A stretch of DNA of 43,639 nt from a virus. Its lineage: Duplodnaviria > Heunggongvirae > Uroviricota > Caudoviricetes. The notes below the pieces were generated by a model. It did not search any database and had not been told where the DNA came from. It saw only the letters and a list, made by a program, of their open reading frames with translations. The stretch lies in IMG/VR virus record IMGVR_UViG_2617270952_000006. One strand, given 5' to 3'. Shown piece after piece: positions 1 through 8,768 of this stretch (the first letter of the stretch is position 1; each line of letters opens with the position of its first letter). Both the position numbers and the translations under genes were made by a program.

Positions 1-162
1 TGGCAACTGCAGTTCACTTACACCGCTTCTCAACCCGGTACGCACCAGAAAATCATTGATATGGCCATGAATGGCGTTGGATGCCGGGCAACTGCCCGCA
101 TTATGGGCGTTGGCCTCAACACGATTTTACGTCACTTAAAAAACTCAGGCCGCAGTCGGTAA
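1..162 (+). CDS. insA: IS1 InsA, C-terminal part (5' end cut by window edge)
   Basis: Frame 1 reads [53 protein letters not shown] then taa at 160-162, the InsA C terminus. Confidence 0.9.
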
Positions 163-584
163 CCTCGCGCATACAGCCGGGCAGTGACGTCATCGTCTGC
201 GCGGAAATGGACGAACAGTGGGGCTATGTCGGGGCTAAATCGCGCCAGCGCTGGCTGTTTTACGCGTATGACAGTCTCCGGAAGACGGTTGTTGCGCACG
301 TATTCGGTGAACGCACTATGGCGACGCTGGGGCGTCTTATGAGCCTGCTGTCACCCTTTGACGTGGTGATATGGATGACGGATGGCTGGCCGCTGTATGA
401 ATCCCGCCTGAAGGGAAAGCTGCACGTAATCAGCAAGCGATATACGCAGCGAATTGAGCGGCATAACCTGAATCTGAGGCAGCACCTGGCACGGCTGGGA
501 CGGAAGTCGCTGTCGTTCTCAAAATCGGTGGAGCTGCATGACAAAGTCATCGGGTATTATCTGAACATAAAACACTATCAATAA
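81..584 (+). CDS. insB: IS1 transposase InsB frame (made as InsAB' fusion by -1 frameshift)
   Basis: 167-aa [25 protein letters not shown]...IKHYQ recognised as IS1 InsB; overlaps the insA end. Confidence 0.92.
138..144 (+). promoter_or_regulatory. IS1 A6C programmed -1 frameshift motif
   Basis: ttaaaaaactc in the insA/insB overlap, the known IS1 slippery run. Confidence 0.7.
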
Positions 585-599
585 GTTGGAGTCATTACC

Positions 600-715
600 A
601 GCATTTTAAGGATCTCGAAGGTAAAATTGAAGAAAGGCTTCAAAATCGCCAGGCTGAATATCAAAATGAAATTAATCAACCATCTGCGCCAGGTGTTAAT
701 TTTGATGATATTTAA
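600..715 (+). pseudogene. 3' remnant of a chromosomal gene truncated by IS1 (possibly yfdF, by K-12 synteny next to mlaA)
   Basis: Open frame begins at the IS1 end: HFKDLEGKIEERLQNRQAEYQNEINQPSAPGVNFDDI then taa at 713-715. No start codon of its own; convergent with mlaA. Confidence 0.45.
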
Positions 716-854
716 AATTATTTTTCCAGTTTTTTGATTTTTCAACAGCTGAATATCGGAAATAGTCAGTGACGAACATCAGTATTTTTACATAATTACG
801 TCTAGGTCATTGTCGGTTTATCTCCTTTTACTTGTGGTAATTGAGGGATAACAA

Positions 855-887
855 CAAAAAAGGTGAGTTTTGCGACTCACCTTTTTT
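855..887. terminator. Bidirectional intrinsic terminator between the truncated gene and mlaA
   Basis: aaaaaaggtgagt-tttgcg-actcacctttttt: 8-bp GC-containing stem flanked by an A run and a T run. Confidence 0.8.
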
Positions 888-896
888 ATTTGTTTC

Positions 897-1652
897 TTAT
901 TCAGAATCAATATCTTTTAAATCATCCTGAATCGCTTGTGCGTTCGGATTTTCCTGCGGTTTGAGTTCGCCGCCATTAGCGATGAAATCATGACGCTGGA
1001 AGTACGCTTCGCGCACCATAATATAAGGATCGGACGACTGACGCAGCAGACCATCGGAATCCAGCAGCTGAGCGCGGGTTTCGATCCCTTCAAGCGTCCA
1101 TTTACCCACAGACATCGGCCAGGTCAGCCAGGAAAGAACCGGGTAAAGACCATCCGCCATATCACCACCGTCATCACGCAGCGTGAAGCTACCGTAGAAC
1201 GGTAACTGAACGTAAGGCCCATAACCCACGCCATAATGACCAAGCGTACTACCGAAGCGGTGAGGTTCAGTCCGTTGCAGTTTCGGGTTCGCCATCCCTG
1301 CAACATCAATAAAACCGCCCATCCCCAAAATGGTGTTCAGGAAAAAGCGGGTAAAGTGGACCATCCCCTGATAAGGGTCGCCCTGCAAGAAGTAGTTAAC
1401 CATCACCGCAGGTTCTTCAAGGTTGCCAGTAAAGTTGCTCAAACCGTTACGCGCCGGTTGCGGAACATAATCACGCCAGGCGACAGCGACCGGTCGAACA
1501 ATATACGGGTCTAATACATTGAAGTTGAAGTTGTACATGGTGCGGTTGAACCCTTCTAACGGGTCAGAACGCCCTTGCTGATCTGTACCGGAACTCGCAC
1601 ACCCCACCAGAAGCGTAGTTCCCAGAGCAAGCGCCGACAGGCGAAGCTTCAT
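897..1652 (-). CDS. mlaA: Outer-membrane lipoprotein MlaA (VacJ), phospholipid asymmetry maintenance
   Basis: 251 aa, lipobox LLVGC, sequence recognised as E. coli MlaA/VacJ. Confidence 0.95.
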   Translation of the reverse strand: MKLRLSALALGTTLLVGCASSGTDQQGRSDPLEGFNRTMYNFNFNVLDPYIVRPVAVAWRDYVPQPARNGLSNFTGNLEEPAVMVNYFLQGDPYQGMVHFTRFFLNTILGMGGFIDVAGMANPKLQRTEPHRFGSTLGHYGVGYGPYVQLPFYGSFTLRDDGGDMADGLYPVLSWLTWPMSVGKWTLEGIETRAQLLDSDGLLRQSSDPYIMVREAYFQRHDFIANGGELKPQENPNAQAIQDDLKDIDSE

Positions 1653-1945
1653 AAATGTCTCCCTGTTTTTTTATGGCTTATGCAGTTTGCCATCCATGAC
1701 GGAACGATACCGTATCCGCCTGTTTAGGTGTGGGCGATTGTAACAGCACGTCAACTGATGTCCAGACGCCCTGATTTGCTGATTTGATCATAGCCTGGTA
1801 ATCGCCGCCCTGTAGGCTACTTGATTCTATAGAAACAGAAAAAGGCAAACGCAGCCTTTTCTACATTTTCAGAGTAACTCCCGTCAGTTGCGAGCAAAAA
1901 AGCCGCTACGCTTTAGCTATACGTGCTAATTCAAGAGAAGAGACC

Positions 1946-2878
1946 ATGGACAACGACAAAATTGATCAACACAGCGACGAAATTGAAGTTGAGAGCGAAG
2001 AAAAAGAGCGCGGCAAAAAAATAGAAATAGATGAAGACCGACTCCCCTCCCGGGCGATGGCAATTCATGAGCATATCCGCCAGGATGGTGAAAAAGAGCT
2101 GGAACGCGACGCAATGGCGCTACTGTGGTCAGCCATTGCGGCGGGGCTGTCGATGGGCGCTTCGTTACTGGCAAAAGGGATATTTCAAGTCGAACTGGAA
2201 GGTGTGCCGGGCAGCTTCTTGCTGGAGAATCTCGGTTATACCTTTGGTTTTATTATCGTCATTATGGCCCGCCAGCAATTATTTACCGAAAATACCGTGA
2301 CTGCGGTACTACCCGTCATGCAAAAACCGACAATGAGCAACGTCGGCTTACTTATACGGTTATGGGGCGTCGTGCTGCTGGGTAATATTCTCGGGACAGG
2401 TATTGCGGCGTGGGCATTTGAATATATGCCTATCTTCAATGAAGAAACTCGCGATGCATTTGTCAAAATCGGCATGGATGTGATGAAGAACACCCCCAGC
2501 GAGATGTTTGCCAACGCGATCATTTCCGGCTGGCTGATCGCCACTATGGTTTGGATGTTTCCTGCAGCGGGTGCGGCAAAGATTGTGGTGATTATATTGA
2601 TGACCTGGCTTATTGCCCTGGGTGACACCACCCATATCGTGGTCGGTTCTGTTGAAATCCTCTATCTGGTGTTTAACGGTACGCTGCACTGGAGCGATTT
2701 CATCTGGCCCTTCGCACTACCTACTTTAGCGGGGAACATCTGCGGCGGCACCTTTATCTTCGCGTTAATGAGTCATGCACAGATTCGTAACGACATGAGC
2801 AATAAGCGTAAAGCAGAAGCACGCCAAAAAGCAGAACGTGCGGAAAACATTAAGAAAAATTATAAAAACCCGGCATAA
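1946..2878 (+). CDS. yfdC: Inner-membrane FNT-family protein YfdC
   Basis: 310 aa, polytopic membrane protein with acidic N terminus; recognised as YfdC; K-12 synteny mlaA-yfdC-argW. Confidence 0.9.
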   Translation: MDNDKIDQHSDEIEVESEEKERGKKIEIDEDRLPSRAMAIHEHIRQDGEKELERDAMALLWSAIAAGLSMGASLLAKGIFQVELEGVPGSFLLENLGYTFGFIIVIMARQQLFTENTVTAVLPVMQKPTMSNVGLLIRLWGVVLLGNILGTGIAAWAFEYMPIFNEETRDAFVKIGMDVMKNTPSEMFANAIISGWLIATMVWMFPAAGAAKIVVIILMTWLIALGDTTHIVVGSVEILYLVFNGTLHWSDFIWPFALPTLAGNICGGTFIFALMSHAQIRNDMSNKRKAEARQKAERAENIKKNYKNPA

Positions 2879-2913
2879 ATGGCGAGGGTTTAAGCAATCG
2901 AGCGGCAGCGTAC

Positions 2914-2942
2914 TTACCCCGCACTCCATTAGCGGGTATACT
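2914..2942 (+). promoter_or_regulatory. Candidate argW promoter
   Basis: ttaccc-17 bp-tatact followed by GC-rich discriminator catgccgc a few nt before the tRNA 5' end. Confidence 0.35.
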
Positions 2943-2953
2943 CATGCCGCATT

Positions 2954-3028
2954 GTCCTCTTAGTTAAATGGATATAACGAGCCCCTCCTAAGGGCTAATT
3001 GCAGGTTCGATTCCTGCAGGGGACACCA
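2954..3028 (+). tRNA. argW: tRNA-Arg (anticodon CCU), prophage integration target
   Basis: gtcctct...agggga acceptor pairing, anticodon loop ctCCTaa, T arm gcaggttcgattcctgc, encoded CCA; 75 nt. Confidence 0.95.
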
Positions 3029-3123
3029 TTTATCAGTTCGCTCCCATCCGTACCAGTCCGCAAAATCCCCTGAATATCAAGCCTTCCGTAGATTCACAGT
3101 TCGTAATGGTTCGCGTCAGATCG

Positions 3124-3153
3124 TTGACAGCCGCACTCCATGACGGGTAAAAA
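3124..3153 (+). promoter_or_regulatory. Candidate intS promoter inside attL
   Basis: Perfect TTGACA (3124-3129), 18-bp spacer, TAAAAA (3148-3153), 37 nt before the intS ATG. Confidence 0.4.
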
Positions 3154-3190
3154 GTGGATAAAATAATTTTACCCACCGGATTTTTACCCA
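3145..3190. repeat. Three copies of TTTTACCC (one inverted) over the intS promoter and start
   Basis: gggtaaaaa at 3145-3153 (inverted), ttttaccca at 3167-3175 and 3182-3190. Candidate integrase/RDF binding sites. Confidence 0.4.
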
Positions 3191-4347
3191 TGCTCACCGT
3201 TAAGCAGATTGAAGCAGCAAAGCCGAAAGAAAAACCATACCGCCTACTCGATGGTAATGGCCTGTACCTTTATGTCCCTGTGTCAGGGAAAAAGGTATGG
3301 CAGCTTCGCTACAAGATTGACGGTAAGGAGAAAATCCTGACCGTAGGAAAATATCCGCTAATGACTTTGCAGGAGGCAAGAGATAAAGCATGGACCGCGA
3401 GGAAAGACATCTCGGTTGGCATCGATCCGGTAAAAGCGAAAAAGGCTTCGTCTAACAACAATTCCTTTAGTGCAATTTACAAGGAATGGTACGAACACAA
3501 GAAGCAAGTCTGGTCAGTAGGGTATGCGACTGAACTTGCAAAAATGTTTGATGACGACATTTTACCCATCATCGGCGGTCTTGAGATTCAGGATATTGAG
3601 CCGATGCAACTGCTGGAAGTAATCCGCAGATTTGAAGATCGCGGTGCAATGGAGCGAGCCAACAAAGCCCGCAGAAGATGCGGCGAGGTTTTCCGTTACG
3701 CTATTGTCACTGGTAGGGCTAAATATAACCCGGCACCTGACCTTGCAGACGCCATGAAAGGATACCGCAAGAAGAACTTCCCGTTTCTTCCTGCAGACCA
3801 GATCCCTGCATTCAACAAAGCACTGGCAACATTTTCAGGAAGCATCGTATCGCTCATTGCGACCAAAGTTTTACGCTACACAGCCCTAAGAACGAAAGAG
3901 CTTCGTTCCATGCAATGGAAGAACGTCGATTTTGAAAACAGGATTATCACTATCGACGCCAGTGTGATGAAGGGCCGCAAGATTCATGTTGTTCCTATGT
4001 CAGACCAGGTGGTTGAACTTCTCACTACGCTAAGCTCCATCACTAAACCAGTATCAGAGTTTGTTTTTGCCGGGCGCAACGATAAGAAGAAGCCAATCTG
4101 CGAGAACGCGGTATTGCTTGTTATCAAACAAATCGGCTATGAGGGTCTGGAAAGCGGTCACGGATTCAGGCATGAATTCAGCACAATTATGAACGAGCAC
4201 GAATGGCCTGCTGACGCTATTGAAGTGCAACTGGCACATGCCAACGGCGGATCTGTGCGTGGAATTTACAACCATGCTCAGTATCTCGATAAGCGCAGAG
4301 AAATGATGCAGTGGTGGGCGGACTGGCTTGATGAAAAGGGGGAGTGA
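3190..4347 (+). CDS. intS: Tyrosine integrase, IntS (KplE1/CPS-53, Sf6, HK620 type)
   Basis: 385 aa from MLTVKQIEAAKPKEKPYRLLDGNGLYLYV; C-terminal HGFRHEF...HANGGSVRGIYNHAQY catalytic motifs; adjacent to argW as in K-12. The GTG at 3154 in the ORF track is probably not the start. Confidence 0.93.
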   Translation: MLTVKQIEAAKPKEKPYRLLDGNGLYLYVPVSGKKVWQLRYKIDGKEKILTVGKYPLMTLQEARDKAWTARKDISVGIDPVKAKKASSNNNSFSAIYKEWYEHKKQVWSVGYATELAKMFDDDILPIIGGLEIQDIEPMQLLEVIRRFEDRGAMERANKARRRCGEVFRYAIVTGRAKYNPAPDLADAMKGYRKKNFPFLPADQIPAFNKALATFSGSIVSLIATKVLRYTALRTKELRSMQWKNVDFENRIITIDASVMKGRKIHVVPMSDQVVELLTTLSSITKPVSEFVFAGRNDKKKPICENAVLLVIKQIGYEGLESGHGFRHEFSTIMNEHEWPADAIEVQLAHANGGSVRGIYNHAQYLDKRREMMQWWADWLDEKGE

Positions 4348-4372
4348 CCAACCTTAACCACTATCGGATAGT

Positions 4373-4410
4373 ACAAAGCTTTGCAATCCAGACAAGGCTT
4401 TGTTTTGTCT
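4373..4410. terminator. Hairpin region between convergent intS and tailspike
   Basis: acaaagc...gctttgt 7-bp stem followed by tttgtct; alternative stem agacaa/ttgtct. Confidence 0.35.
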
Positions 4411-4438
4411 AAGTTTGGTCACATTAGATGTGAAATCT

Positions 4439-6442
4439 TCAAATCAGCCCATAAATAACATTATGCAAATGAAGAGAGCCTGCTTCACCGGAAACATCAA
4501 AATCAATCCTAACTTTGCTTGCTCCAGGAGGAACAATATCTATTAATGCGTAGAAATTCCATGTGGAGCCTGATGGAATTGTAAATGTTGCTTTTCCCTG
4601 AACAGAGTTCCCTTCTTTATCAAAAAACTCAATACCAGAGATTGTTGTCACTTGATTCTTAGCCCAAAAACCTAACTGGAAATATCGTCCTGGTGAGCAG
4701 TCTGAGCACTCCTGATAAAATTTTGCAGATGCTCCTATAGATGGTATTGCTACATACAAAGACCTGGAAAACATAATATCATTTGGAACATCAGAATCCG
4801 TTCCTGCTGTAACAACACCTGAACCAGTTTGTTGAAGGCTCCAGTTAGAGTAGTTTAAAAACTGTCCACTTCCATTTGATAGCGAATTTATGTATGGACT
4901 AACTATGTTCCCTTTATCCCACTGAGTTGTTATAAATCCAGATCGTGGATAGCATCCATATGACATTATTTTTTTACTATTACCTCCAACTACCTGTCTA
5001 GTTGCTGATCCTGTCGCCAAATCCATTTGGTCAAATAAAGGCAATGAGCAATTTGTTAATGAAAGTACTGAATCATCATTTACAACAAACGGAACTGAAC
5101 TATATCCAGAGGGAGTAAGTAGCGTTGTATCTTTAATGCTTATTCTTGTGCTTCCAGATGCAGAGAACGCCACAAAGCTTTGACCTGGCTGAAACTCAAT
5201 ATTTCCACTTGAGTAAACAACGGTTGCGTTATCTTCAATAAAAACAGTAGAATCAAAATAACCTTCTTTCTTACCTGCTGGCATAGAGCAACAGTTAAAA
5301 ATAAATTGACCATTTCTAATTGTCAATGGACCTCCATTATCAACAACCCAACAATTATTAAATGTCATTACCTCGCCTGAGTTTGATGGAGAATTAAATA
5401 TAATTGTGTTGTTTAGACATCTTGATATTGTTACTTTGTCAAATAAAATTCTATATGAATTATCAAGAAACTCAATTCCAGCAGATGATATGAATGAAGA
5501 ATTACTTATTCTTAACTCTGATAATTCACCAGTGCCAATACCTCCAAGTAAAATCTTTTTAGATCCTAGCATCTTAAAAGATATGCCATCTAAAATTGAT
5601 GTTGCATTTATTTCATCCCTATTATCATAAGAAATATTAGAGTTACTTAACCTAATTGCATAATCACCTGATATCCCATTAATCTCAGTTAAAACGCATT
5701 TATTCGATCCTCTTAACCCACCTTTCGCGAAATCAATATCAATTAAAGACGAGAATTCTCCACTACATGGAACAACGCAATCATAACCTAGAGAGTTTAT
5801 TTTATTAATAAATAATGCAATATCCCCAGCGCCGCTGTAACCAGCGTCATATACAGAAAACTCAAGGCTTGGGTTTATTCTCTTCCAATTTACACCGTTA
5901 CCTTCTAAAACCATTACGTTATCAACTGCAATTGACTTGTCTACAGCTACAACAAACCCACCACCAAGTTCGAGTCCGGATACGTATGATTTTAAATATA
6001 ATTTATCAGATATCGACATTCCTTGTATATCTTTAAGGGAGTTAGCGCTCTCTACCATTCCAATGTATTTGTATCCAATATTACTTGATAGTTTTATAGA
6101 TAACTGATCAGGATCATACTTCAGCACATTAGGAAAATAGAACTGCTGCGCACCGTACGCATCATAAACAGCCATAGAATGGCCTTGCACGGTTACGAAT
6201 TTGGCAATCTGTCCGTTATATACCGGGTAACCAGCAGCGTTAATGATGATTGGTTGCGATACAGGAACGTGAGAACCGTCTTCGTTCTCTACATAAACCT
6301 GAATCTGGTTTTCAGGATTTACCGGGTCAGTGTCAATTTTTCCGATATAAATTTTGCCATTGGCATTTGCTTTAAACGAGCGAGCTAAAGTAAATAACTG
6401 ACTTGGTTGTGAAACAACAACGTTGTATAATTGTTCTGGCAT
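4439..6442 (-). CDS. Tailspike: conserved P22/Sf6-type head-binding N domain plus divergent receptor-binding C-terminal part
   Basis: [107 protein letters not shown] matches the P22-family N domain. Start taken at ATG 6442 (MPEQLY); an upstream ATG at 6451 is possible. Confidence 0.9.
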   Translation of the reverse strand: MPEQLYNVVVSQPSQLFTLARSFKANANGKIYIGKIDTDPVNPENQIQVYVENEDGSHVPVSQPIIINAAGYPVYNGQIAKFVTVQGHSMAVYDAYGAQQFYFPNVLKYDPDQLSIKLSSNIGYKYIGMVESANSLKDIQGMSISDKLYLKSYVSGLELGGGFVVAVDKSIAVDNVMVLEGNGVNWKRINPSLEFSVYDAGYSGAGDIALFINKINSLGYDCVVPCSGEFSSLIDIDFAKGGLRGSNKCVLTEINGISGDYAIRLSNSNISYDNRDEINATSILDGISFKMLGSKKILLGGIGTGELSELRISNSSFISSAGIEFLDNSYRILFDKVTISRCLNNTIIFNSPSNSGEVMTFNNCWVVDNGGPLTIRNGQFIFNCCSMPAGKKEGYFDSTVFIEDNATVVYSSGNIEFQPGQSFVAFSASGSTRISIKDTTLLTPSGYSSVPFVVNDDSVLSLTNCSLPLFDQMDLATGSATRQVVGGNSKKIMSYGCYPRSGFITTQWDKGNIVSPYINSLSNGSGQFLNYSNWSLQQTGSGVVTAGTDSDVPNDIMFSRSLYVAIPSIGASAKFYQECSDCSPGRYFQLGFWAKNQVTTISGIEFFDKEGNSVQGKATFTIPSGSTWNFYALIDIVPPGASKVRIDFDVSGEAGSLHLHNVIYGLI
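6403..6431 (+). promoter_or_regulatory. Candidate sigma70 promoter for the HNH-AP2 gene, antisense within the first tailspike codons
   Basis: TTGGTT (6403-6408), 17 bp, perfect TATAAT (6426-6431), about 35 nt upstream of ATG 6465. Confidence 0.35.
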
Positions 6443-6464
6443 AATAAACATTCCGGAGAAAATA

Positions 6465-6965
6465 ATGAGTAAGAGACGTCACGAGGTAGTAACTCGGGAG
6501 CGCCTTATGGAGGTTCTCGATTACAATAAAGAAACAGGAATTTTCACTTGGAAAAAGAAATTAAGCGCCAGAGGTGCTGTTGGGAAAGTTGCTGGCACAA
6601 TTTCTTATGGATATAACGCAATTAATATTGATGGCGTAAGATATTTTGCACATAGACTTGCCTGGCTGTATGTATATGGCGAATGGCCCAAACAAGAGAT
6701 TGACCACATTGATAGAAACAGAAGAAATAACGCAATCTCAAACCTTAGGGATGTCAGCAGAGTCGTAAATGCATTAAATGTCGGACCTCGAAATAGCAAT
6801 GCTGGAATCAAGGGGGTAACTTTCTGTCAAGCCAGAAATCAATGGCAAGCTCAGATAAATGTCTCAGGTAAAAACATAACCCTTGGGAGATTCAACACCA
6901 TTGATGAAGCGGCTATAGCTTATAAGGCAGCAAACATGGTTGCTGACCATCTGTTGAGTAGGTAA
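6465..6965 (+). CDS. Free-standing HNH homing endonuclease with C-terminal AP2 DNA-binding domain
   Basis: HNH motif [18 protein letters not shown]; AP2-like [44 protein letters not shown]; SD ggag 6 nt before the ATG; AT-rich. Confidence 0.85.
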   Translation: MSKRRHEVVTRERLMEVLDYNKETGIFTWKKKLSARGAVGKVAGTISYGYNAINIDGVRYFAHRLAWLYVYGEWPKQEIDHIDRNRRNNAISNLRDVSRVVNALNVGPRNSNAGIKGVTFCQARNQWQAQINVSGKNITLGRFNTIDEAAIAYKAANMVADHLLSR

Positions 6966-6987
6966 TGTCTGTCATTTAATTTGCTCC
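6961..6987 (-). pseudogene. Orphaned original tailspike translation start (SD plus codons MTDIT)
   Basis: Minus strand reads GGAGcaaattaaATGACAGACATTACC = M T D I T, the canonical P22-family tailspike N terminus. It then runs into the antisense HNH gene and stops after 20 codons (6913). Confidence 0.7.
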
Positions 6988-7032
6988 AGATGCAAGGAAT
7001 CGCCGCAGCATGGCTACGGTGAATTTTGGGCA

Positions 7033-7057
7033 TAAAAAAACCCAGCCGAAGCTGGGT
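7033..7057 (-). terminator. Intrinsic terminator downstream of ant
   Basis: Minus strand acccagc-ttcg-gctgggt followed by ttttttt. Confidence 0.8.
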
Positions 7058-7075
7058 CGTTGCGTTGGTTATCTG

Positions 7076-8011
7076 TCAGTAGTTATGTACTGAAGGAGGT
7101 AATTCTTTATTCTTAAGTCTCATCCATGCGGAAAGATTCGTTGGTCCGTCTGGCTCATTAATATCAACATCTCGTGTGCGATTGATTAAAACGTCTCTCG
7201 CCATTCCGATAACATACGAGAACTCATGACCGTAGTCGTAGCATCTGCCTGAATAGTTCGATTGAATTTGTTTTAGCGCCGGATACAGTTCGCGGAATAA
7301 TGCCTGTGAGCGGTTGGCATAATCCCATAACCATACAAGGCTGTTTACTTCTTTTGCAGAAAGCTCGTTGGTTTTCTTCTCTTGTTTGCCAATGAACTCA
7401 CCTTCAAGTGGAACTCGAGCTGCAAGTGATAGTGCTTCGGTAAACTGCTCCTCACTGATTTCTTTGTATGAACATCCAAAATGGGATTTCAGTGACGACC
7501 ACATGGTGATCATCGCCTTAGCCTGTTTTTCCTTTGGCAGAGACTGACCGCGACTCATGACGAGTTGTTTAATGGCTTCCTGCTGTTCAGTGGTGATTTT
7601 ACCCGGCAACGCCTTTTTAGCTTTGCGCGGGTTAACTACATGGCCTTTAGTCCAGTAGTCATGCAGCACGCTAAAGCATTCCTCCTGGTACTGAATCAGT
7701 TTATCGCGGATGTCAGCACGAACTTTCTCAGGGTTGATGCTGAACAGCCATCCATTTAACTTCTTCAAAGGAAGGCAGAGTAGCTTACGAAGCTTTCCAT
7801 CAGCAGCAACCATATTCATATGAATACATTTGAACTTATCTAGTTGTTTCATAAGTTTTTGTTGCTGAGTACCCCAGCTCATTCCGAGGTTTTCAACGAT
7901 TGGCTTCATCGCAACATATGCAACTCCGGCAGCCATGGCGGTGATAATTTGCTGACCGTTGAATGGTACGTAAGAGGTGTTCACTGCTTCTAAAATTGCT
8001 ATACTATTCAT
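7076..8011 (-). CDS. ant: Antirepressor Ant (P22 immI)
   Basis: [26 protein letters not shown]... recognised as the P22 Ant N terminus; SD ggag upstream of ATG 8011. The longer ORF to 8077 is probably not used. Confidence 0.9.
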   Translation of the reverse strand: MNSIAILEAVNTSYVPFNGQQIITAMAAGVAYVAMKPIVENLGMSWGTQQQKLMKQLDKFKCIHMNMVAADGKLRKLLCLPLKKLNGWLFSINPEKVRADIRDKLIQYQEECFSVLHDYWTKGHVVNPRKAKKALPGKITTEQQEAIKQLVMSRGQSLPKEKQAKAMITMWSSLKSHFGCSYKEISEEQFTEALSLAARVPLEGEFIGKQEKKTNELSAKEVNSLVWLWDYANRSQALFRELYPALKQIQSNYSGRCYDYGHEFSYVIGMARDVLINRTRDVDINEPDGPTNLSAWMRLKNKELPPSVHNY

Positions 8012-8073
8012 GTTGGTTTTTCTCCACGGATTTACTGACAACCGAAGCCCTGACTGTTCCCGCAGTTGGGGCT

Positions 8074-8256
8074 TCACTGTTTTATGTTCACATCTAACAT
8101 TGTTTTTCTAGAATTTAACTCTTTCCCCATCGCTTCAACGCAAAGAGATACACAACTACTACAGATAAATATCTCTGCTTTAGCGCGAATCAACATTGCA
8201 CATTCATGCTGAGGCTTTCCGCAGAAGGAGCACTTAAAGCCATCTTCTTTATTCAT
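8074..8256 (-). CDS. Small ClpX-type C4 zinc-finger (ZBD-like) protein between arc and ant
   Basis: 60 aa; [31 protein letters not shown] is collinear with the ClpX N-terminal zinc-binding domain, with 4 Zn cysteines. Its ATG overlaps the arc stop (ATGA). Confidence 0.75.
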   Translation of the reverse strand: MNKEDGFKCSFCGKPQHECAMLIRAKAEIFICSSCVSLCVEAMGKELNSRKTMLDVNIKQ

Positions 8257-8405
8257 ATCGCCACCCCCTCTTTCTTCAGGCTGTCTATCAGGCGCTTGAT
8301 AACCTCTGAGTTAAACGACCTGCACTCTTCCTTTGCCCTGCTACCGATAGCATCCTTTAACGACTGCGGCATCCTTACCAAAATCTTACTTATTTCTTTC
8401 TCCAT
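8253..8405 (-). CDS. arc: Arc-like ribbon-helix-helix repressor
   Basis: [50 protein letters not shown] versus P22 Arc ...NGRSVNSEIYQRVMESFKKEG; strong SD ggaggg. Confidence 0.85.
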   Translation of the reverse strand: MEKEISKILVRMPQSLKDAIGSRAKEECRSFNSEVIKRLIDSLKKEGVAI

Positions 8406-8441
8406 GTTACCCTCCACACAAACAACTCTTTTCGAATACAA

Positions 8442-8470
8442 AAGATAGCAAAGTGAGTATATCTAGTCAA
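8442..8470 (-). promoter_or_regulatory. Candidate Pant promoter with operator in the spacer
   Basis: Minus strand TTGACT (8470-8465), 17 bp, TATCTT (8447-8442). The spacer holds TAG...CTA pseudo-symmetric sequence where P22 places the Arc operator. Confidence 0.5.
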
Positions 8471-8487
8471 AATTTTTTTGCATACAC

Positions 8488-8499
8488 TTTGATATCAAA
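8488..8499. promoter_or_regulatory. Perfect 12-bp palindrome tttgatatcaaa upstream of mnt (candidate operator)
   Basis: Self-complementary 12-mer 21 bp before the mnt ATG in the divergent arc/mnt control region. Confidence 0.4.
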
Positions 8500-8519
8500 T
8501 TGAATACCAAAGGTGTGTT

Positions 8520-8768
8520 ATGGCAAAGGGTGTGTCAATTTCTCCAACTACGGTAAGAATCCCTGAATCTTTACGCGAGGCTCTTGCTGTTAGAGCATCA
8601 AAAAATGGTCGCTCTGTTAACTCCGAGATCGTCATGATTTTGCAAGCCGCGATTGATGAAGATAGGTCGCCAAAGTCAGTTGAGTCATTTGCTCAGCAAG
8701 AAGCTGACAAATTCAAAGAGGCGCTGCTGGAGACGCTGAAAACCATGTATGGTAAGGATGATAAATAA
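8520..8768 (+). CDS. mnt: Mnt-like ribbon-helix-helix repressor
   Basis: 82 aa; RIPESLREALAVRASKNGRSVNSEIVMILQAAI resembles the P22 Mnt RHH; C-terminal helical tail; divergent from arc. Confidence 0.85.
   Translation: MAKGVSISPTTVRIPESLREALAVRASKNGRSVNSEIVMILQAAIDEDRSPKSVESFAQQEADKFKEALLETLKTMYGKDDK

Larger units (their letters stand above)
1..599 (+). mobile_element. IS1: IS1 insertion sequence, right-hand part (left end beyond window start)
   Basis: insA 3' part, A6C slippery motif, insB frame and terminal inverted repeat aacactatcaataagttggagtcattacc ending at 599 all match IS1 as I know it. Confidence 0.95.

Noticed and set aside
260-550. 96-aa ORF antisense to insB
   Set aside because: It lies inside IS1 opposite the known transposase frame and is not a known IS1 gene.
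1926-2689. Minus-strand and alternative-frame ORFs within yfdC
   Set aside because: They are shadow ORFs of a well-supported membrane protein gene.
6443-6972. Intervening segment in the tailspike 5' end considered as a self-splicing intron
   Set aside because: Nearly the whole segment is occupied by an antisense HNH ORF, leaving no room for a ribozyme core. The downstream part also has its own ATG. Still worth an RT-PCR check.
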